Source: Diplonema japonicum (Eukaryota > Protista > Euglenozoa: Diplonemea). From it: a stretch of DNA of 64,000 nt. How positions within the stretch are numbered: position 1 is the first letter of the stretch; each line of letters starts with the position of its first letter. Positions 57,602 to 64,000 of the stretch are shown here, in pieces. The position numbers were made by a program, and so were the translations under genes. The notes beneath the pieces are model-generated. The model was not told the origin of the DNA. It did no database searches and saw only the letters and a list, made by a program, of their open reading frames with translations. The stretch lies in assembly GCA_964019335.1 (NCBI GenBank), contig OZ025750.1, forward strand, positions 124,001-188,000. Direction: 5' to 3'.

Positions 57602-59217
57602 AGCGTGACCGCGCTGGAGGATGATTCTGTGCATCAGTCAGGGAAGTACAAGCCCATTAAGTCGTACGAGAGCAGCGATAACATCATCATGAGCATTGGA
57701 AACATCATCGAGGAGGACCCGAAGAACAAGACAGACGGATTGGACCTGGACGGGCTCGTTGAATCGAACAACGTCACCAACCTGAACATCACCACGGAAC
57801 TCGCTCCGGAGGGAGAGGACTTCTTCTACAGGTAAACAAAAAAAAAAAAAAAAAAAAAAAAATCCAGGGTTGGGAGGTTGAAAGACAACTACCTGACAGA
57901 CTGGTACGTCCATGTAGCGATGGACAGAGCTTACGTTCTGGGCAGCATCGATACGAAGACTGCAGAGACGAAGGACGCGATCACCGCTGCAGGGAAAAAG
58001 GTCGACGATGACCTAGCAGACGCTCGAGTCCTCCTTTACATTCTTGTCGCAGTCACTGCCGTGGGGCTGATCTTGATTTCGGTAGCGTTCATCATGCGAA
58101 TTATCATGCCCCTTGAGATCCTTGAGAAGGAGATGGCCCTTGTCGCTCTGATGAAGCTTGAGATGATAAACACACGCAGGCCCCTCAGCGGTCTTCAAGA
58201 GGTCCGTCTCATGCAAATCAGTTTCTTGCAGATGATGAAGAACCTTGTGGAGTACAGGAACTACATGCCGGCGTCTGTCCTTCAAGATGATGTTGAAGAG
58301 GAAAATGATGAAACAAGCGAGGAAACGACGATCAGCCGTGTGACTGGCGGTGGGAAGTCGGAGTCATTGAAGCTGAGCAAATTGTCCGACTCGTCCAGTC
58401 TTCATGCCATGAGAAACCATGCCATAAGCGGTACCGAGGCAAGGCATAAAAAAGTGACACTTCTCGCGTGCAACATGTTATCATTCTTGAACGGGCAGGG
58501 CGACGGCGCGACTCAGTTGTTGAAGGGTGTTGCCGACTATCTGACAATGGCGCTGCATTACATCAAAAACTCGAAGGGCGTGCCCGACAGTTTCAACGGC
58601 GACAGGCTTTTCGCCTCATGGAACGGTGTGCGAGCATGTTCATCATACAGAACTGCAGCGTACAACTGCGCAAGAGGGATCTCCAGGGACCAATCGACAG
58701 GAAAGCGGTTCTCCATCGGGATCGTGTCTGGAGAGGTGAGGTGCGGGAACATGGGTTGCGATGGGATGAAGAAGTACACGTTCGTCGGGTCGCTTGCATC
58801 GTGGGTCCACATCGTGGAGCGGGTGGGGAGGATAAGAGGTGCGGACGTCGCCATCGACAACGTCGTCCGTGAGGAGGTGGCGACAGTCGCCTTCACAAGG
58901 TCTCTTCAACACGTTGTGTTCACAAAACACGCTCCTGGCACTTTAATGATTTACCAAGCGATGCATGAGAAGGAGGTCAGAGAGGAGGAGTGGATGTACC
59001 AGCTTGAAGCCGGGAACAGCAGCGACCCTTACAAGGCGTACAATATGAGTTATGAGCAGTTCATGGACAAAAACATAGAGAGTGCGCGAAAATCTCTGGA
59101 GGATGTTCAGGATGACAATTCTGAGGTTTTGAAACAGTACAAGCTGAGGCTGTCCCAAGCTCAAGTGAACCCCATCGTGTGCGAGCCAATGGGGAAAACT
59201 GATAAATTGGTTAGCTG

Positions 59218-59218
<1 letters not shown>
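56560..59218 (+). CDS. Receptor-type cyclase-like protein, paralog 5; three exons (56560-57551, 57604-57831, 57868-59218)
   Basis: Removing GT..AG introns 57552-57603 (52 nt) and 57832-57867 (36 nt) joins ORFs 56560, 57605 and 57878 in frame and colinear with the intronless paralogs. Confidence 0.82.
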
Positions 59219-59272
<54 letters not shown>

Positions 59273-59940
59273 CTTTTTTTTTTCAATTTCATTACATTTT
59301 TTTTTTTTCTATGCGACTGTTTTTTTTTTTTTTTTTTTTTTGAAAACCCCTCTCCCCCCCCCCCCCCCCGCCTTATTATTCCCCAGTACACATAATAGGA
59401 AATGGATGATGAAAAAAAAGGGGGCTGAACAGGTCACCATAGCACTACTGAGGACTCCTTCTCCTTCACGACCTAAATTTATTTTAGAAGGGGAGGGGAG
59501 GGGATATTAAGGCAGAGGTTTAAAAAAAAAAAGAGGAGAGAGAGAAAAGGAAAAAGGGAGAAAAAAAAAAACGAAAAAAAAAGGGGAGGGATAAAAAGAT
59601 TTTAAAAAAAAAAAAAGAAGAAGAAAAAGCAAACAAAAGGAAAAAGAAGAAATTTAAAAGAAAAAGAAAGGAAAAAAAAAAAGATTTGAAAAGCGGAGAT
59701 GCAGGGTTGGTACTTTAACCCGTTCTCTTCTGTTTCTTGTTTTTTTTTTTTCCCCCTCTTTTTTTTTTCTTCTTTAACCTATCTGTTACATTTTCTAGGG
59801 GGGAGCGTTCTCCGGAACCTCCTTAAGACTCATCTCTTACTCTACAAGTTCAAACCTCTCGTTTTCTCTCTCTGCGCTTCCTACCCTTATACTTCACATC
59901 AGCAAAGTTTTCGTTCTCTTTTTTTTTTTTTTTTTTTTCG

Positions 59941-59978
59941 TTGAGCACCCCCATGCACACTGAAATTTTATCGAGTTT
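59941..59978 (+). mobile_element. 3' stub of the OTU-LINE family in a poly(T) tract
   Basis: GAGCACCCCCATGCACACTGAAATTTTATCGAG matches 29964-29995 and 36543-36575. Confidence 0.6.
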
Positions 59979-60120
59979 TCTTTTTTTTTTTTTTTCCCCT
60001 TGTGTGTGTCCCTGCCCAAGTTTTTTTTTTTGTTTTCTTCTCTTCCAATCTTCCCAAATTTGTGTTCAAACTAAAGAGAACCGAGGCATCAAAAAATGCT
60101 ATTTTGTAACTCTTCTCCCC

Positions 60121-60156
<36 letters not shown>

Positions 60157-61892
60157 CAAATCGCAACCGCACTTAGTACTTATTTTCATTTTTTTAATTT
60201 TTTTTTTCTTTCTTTTTCATTTTTACCTTTTTTTTTTTTCCAAAACAGAAACTCGGAGTGATATTTTCCTGGCATTCAAAAAAAAAAAAAAAGAAATACA
60301 AATACTGTAAAAACCAAAAAGAAAAAAAAAGAGAACTGACGAAAAGAAAATGAGACAAACTCGCGATCGCAAAAAAAGAAAAAAGAAAAAAGAAAAAAAA
60401 AAGAAACCTCTGTCTGTTCGATGTTAATTAAAACTTTTTTACGGGGGGGGGGTTCTTAAAAGGGTGGCTGGCTGCCCTGATGGAAAAATAATATATTTTC
60501 CAATAACCGACTCTCTCCCCCTTTTTTTCTTTTCGCCTGTATTTGAGATTAAGAAAGGCAGGGGTTGAGTAATTTTCTATTCTGTCCCGGTTTGTGCCTT
60601 ATTAAAAAAAAGAAGAAAAAAGGAAAAAAAAAGGAATGTCGAAACGAGACAAAAGGCGAAACTAGAACTAAGGTTCGCGAGACGCGAGGCAAGCAGGAAA
60701 ACGTTTGTCATATTTTTTTTTTTTTTTATTTAATTTTTTTTTCTTCTTTTTTTTTACAGTAGTGGGCATTTCCTCCGTTGTTTCCTTTTGCCCATCACAG
60801 CTTTCCCCTCCCCTTTTTTTTTTCTTTTTCTTTTTTATTACTTGAACAAAAGACAGAAAGAAGAAGGAAAAGAAAAAAAGGAAAAAAAAAAGAAAAGAAG
60901 AAACCAAAGACCTATATTGCCTACTGCTATCCGAGTAGAGGCAATTGGGGGGGGGGGGGGGGTATTCCTTTCTGTGGGTTTTTTCCTTAGTTTGACCTCT
61001 TATCCAAGTACCGTCTTGGGACTAGGCTCCCCCCCCCCTTTTTTTTTGCTACAAGGAAAAACCTTTTTTTGAAAAAGGAGTTAGCTACTTTCATTTCTTT
61101 TTTTTTCTTCTTTTTTTTTTTCTTTTCCTTCTTACATAGCTGCGCCCTCACCAATCTCTCAAAAAACCCCCCCCCTTTCAAAGCTAAAATGCGTTTTTTT
61201 TCTTTTTGTTTATCACCAGAAGCACCCCGGTGGAAGAACGTATTGCAGATGCTCAGGGTAGGACTTTTTAATTGAGCTCGCTTTAAGGACAACGCGGAAC
61301 GCGAAAAAAGCTACAGCTCGGCCGAGGTGCACACACTCAAGAAGAGACTTGTGCAGGGCGCCACCAGCACTGGCCTCCTTTATCTCTTTTTTTTTTTTTT
61401 TTTCTGTTTTATTTTTGCGCAGAGGAAGTGCATTGTATTTCTTTTTGAATCCCATCCCACAAACCCAAAACAGGGTGAGGGAGGAGGAATTTTTCTTCCC
61501 CCCCTGGGTTTTGTGGGAATATGGAATGTGGTCAAAAGCACTTTAAAATGCATTTCTTTTCTTGCAAAGACAAAAGGAAAAAGGGAAAAAGCGCATTTAT
61601 ATCTCACCCTTTACCCCCCCCCCCCCCCCCCGCGAATGCTTTATTTTTCAACATTCTTTTTTTTTTTTTTTTTAAGCGTCTCTAGGCAGTTTATTCTGCA
61701 CTGCTTCATTTAAGTTTCTCTTTTTTTATGTTAGTTTGTTCTCCTTTTTTTTCTTCCTTCCCCCTCGTGGGGCTCCCCACCCCTGACACCTCCAGAGAAC
61801 CTTGTTTCTTCTTTTTCCGGTTTTAGGTTGCTGCCGGGGCGGATTTGTGAAGTTTTTGCTAAAGAAAAAGGTCCTATGGGCCTCTTTAAGCT

Positions 61893-61926
<34 letters not shown>

Positions 61927-61945
61927 TGGAAGGGAAGATTCCACC

Positions 61946-61989
<44 letters not shown>

Positions 61990-62546
61990 GAAAAGGAACA
62001 AAAATAATCTTTTTCAAAGTGCGAGCGTTTAAAAAAAAAAAAAAAAAAAAAATAGAAAAAGAAGAAAAGAAAAAGGTGATTATATTTTACATGGTACGCC
62101 TGGGTCACTGATATCAGGCGGAAAAGGAACGATAAAATAATAAAAAGAGAGAAGAAAGTATTAAAAGAAAAGGGGGGGGGGGTGGGGGGGTTCCCTTCTC
62201 CTTCCCCAGAAAAAAAAAAGAAATTGTCAAAATGATAAGGGGGTAACGCAAAAAAAAAAAAAAAAAAAAAAGAAAGAAAAAAAAAAAAGAGAAAGCTTAT
62301 TTCCTTATTCACCACCACCCACCCCCCCCCCCCCCCCCCCCGCTTCCCATTTCAAAAAAAAAAAAGAAAGAGTCACTAATGGAGAAACGAAAAAGAATCA
62401 AAGAAGACGGGCAAGTCTTCGCAAGCTAGGAGGGGTGGGGGGGGGGGGGGGGGGGGGGCACCATATCCCACTATCTCTCTGATGAGTATAAAACAATATA
62501 TCAGGGCCCCTGGAAAAACCCATTTTTTTTTTAAACCCGGGGCCGG

Positions 62547-62714
62547 TGGCTATGTTTGGCAAGAAACGGGGAAACGTTTCCGTTTCCGTTTTCCTTATTT
62601 TTTTTCAGATACTTTAGGGATTGCGTATCCTTTTTAAGTGGAAACGTCTTTCCTTCTTAAGAAGCGGCCCCCAAGAAAAAGCTTGGAAATGCGTTTCCTT
62701 GCCAACATTGCCCT
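62547..62714. mobile_element. MITE, GGCTATGTTTGGCAAGAAAC family
   Basis: Ends GGCTATGTTTGGCAAGAAAC / TTCCTTGCCAACATTGCCC; interior related to 10521 and 15571. Confidence 0.55.
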
Positions 62715-63132
62715 GGGGTGGGGGGGGGACCTGATTTTAATATTTTTTTTTTTTATTTTCTAATTCTTGTATTTTTTTTTTTCTTCCAAGTTTTGTTTTG
62801 CTCCCCCCGCTCCCCATGTGAGAGAAAATCGAAAAATTTTCTTCTTTTTTTTTTTTTTTTTAAATACTATGTGTGTTTAGTCTTTGTTTTTTTTTTTTTT
62901 TTTTTTTTTCGCTTTGTACAATTGCTGCCCCCCCCCCCCCCCCCTCCACCTTTTTTCCTTTTTTTGTTCATTGCATGATTTGAAAGATATACCCTAGGCA
63001 GTATTCTCCTGAAAAAAGAATAGAGAAAGAAAGCAGAAGAGGTACTATATTTTATAGTTGTGAACAAAAAGAAAAATGGAAAAAAAAAGGCCCTACTTAT
63101 ATTTCATAGTTTCTTTTTTTTTTTTTTTTTAT

Positions 63133-63332
63133 NNNNNNNNNNNNNNNNNNNNNNNNNNNNNNNNNNNNNNNNNNNNNNNNNNNNNNNNNNNNNNNNNNNN
63201 NNNNNNNNNNNNNNNNNNNNNNNNNNNNNNNNNNNNNNNNNNNNNNNNNNNNNNNNNNNNNNNNNNNNNNNNNNNNNNNNNNNNNNNNNNNNNNNNNNNN
63301 NNNNNNNNNNNNNNNNNNNNNNNNNNNNNNNN
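63133..63332. other. Assembly gap (200 N)
   Basis: Run of N. Confidence 1.
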
Positions 63333-63333
63333 A

Positions 63334-63351
63334 AGCCTCTGGCCGACAGAA

Positions 63352-63394
<43 letters not shown>
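63334..63394 (+). rRNA. Short fragment of eukaryotic LSU (28S-type) rRNA
   Basis: AGAACAATGTAGGTAAGGGAAGTCGGCAAACTAGATCCGTAACTTCG matches a conserved LSU segment; similarity stops at ~63394. Confidence 0.7.
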
Positions 63395-64000
63395 CGACAT
63401 ATTTTCACATATTTTTTTCTGTCACTATTTCTAGGAAACCCGCAAACCGAAAAAAGAAAACAAAGAATAAGAGAAATAAGCCATCAGCCGTTTAATACAG
63501 CTGACAACTGGCAGCTGAAAGTGGTCTTTGAGAATTTTTTTTTTCCCCCCAAAAAAGATTTATTTTAATTTTTTTTTTTTTCTTTGCTTGCGATCTAAGA
63601 ATTTTGAAGAAAAAGAGTTTCAAAAAAAAAAAAAAAAAAAAAGAAAGAAAAAAAAGAAAGAGATACAAAAAGAAAAGGATTCCCCCCCCCCCCTTTTTTT
63701 TTTAAAAGTTGCCGGCATGTGAGTGAACATGAAAGAAAAAAAAAAAGGAAAGGAAAAAAAAAAAAAGAAAGAGGAAAGAAAGAAAAAAGTATATATAAGG
63801 GGGTCCACCCCCCCCCCCCCCCCTCCTCCTCCCCCCTCATGTGCCAACCGTCACGAGTCAGTACCAAAGACGGTGATTTCTTTTTTAAGGTTTTTTATCT
63901 ATTCGAAAAGTGGAAAATAAAGAAGAAGAAACGAAAGCCACGAAAAAAAAAAAAAAGAAACCCCAATTCAACATTGCCATTTTTTTTTGTTATTATTATT

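Noticed and set aside
15890-59218. Diversity-generating retroelement explanation for RT genes beside variable receptors
   Set aside because: The RTs are APE-type non-LTR enzymes; there is no TR/VR pair differing only at adenines, and variation spans the whole ectodomain.
62470-62510. Another CTGATGA heptamer
   Set aside because: No stem II-GAA continuation; not related to the 1052/9535 repeat.
59219-64000. Many short poly-Phe/poly-Lys ORFs here and in other spacers
   Set aside because: Translations of A/T homopolymer tracts, not genes.

Overview
Eukaryotic genomic DNA with GC-rich, largely intron-poor genes, all on the + strand, separated by homopolymer-rich spacers. The style and gene families suggest a euglenozoan protist, probably a diplonemid (inference). 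Two interleaved tandem families of surface receptors make up the host genes. (i) Three proteins with a signal peptide, LVIVD-like beta-propeller, DTPAP mucin stalk and ~7-TM domain, resembling bodonin/DGF-1 (1667, 4486, 18546). (ii) Five intact-looking receptor-type class III nucleotide-cyclase homologues plus one pseudogene (15890, 32088, 43.2k psi, 45034, 48040, 56560). These have highly divergent ectodomains between near-identical flanking blocks, have all lost the catalytic residues, and some carry 36-52 nt introns, three of them mostly poly(A). The rest is mobile DNA. There is a full-length non-LTR retrotransposon whose ORF1 begins with an OTU-like Cys protease and is separated from an in-frame APE-RT ORF2 by a single TGA, plus many 5'-truncated relatives that end in sense-strand T-runs rather than poly(A). 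Also present are four piggyBac-type elements (TTAA or TTAT target duplications; one carries a nested LINE piece and a captured host-gene fragment), a Tc1/pogo-type remnant, several MITEs, a truncated gag/tyrosine-recombinase (VIPER/TATE/DIRS-like) element, a twice-repeated hammerhead-core-like motif, and a ~60-bp LSU rRNA fragment beside a 200-N gap. All calls were made by eye; no database searches were run.
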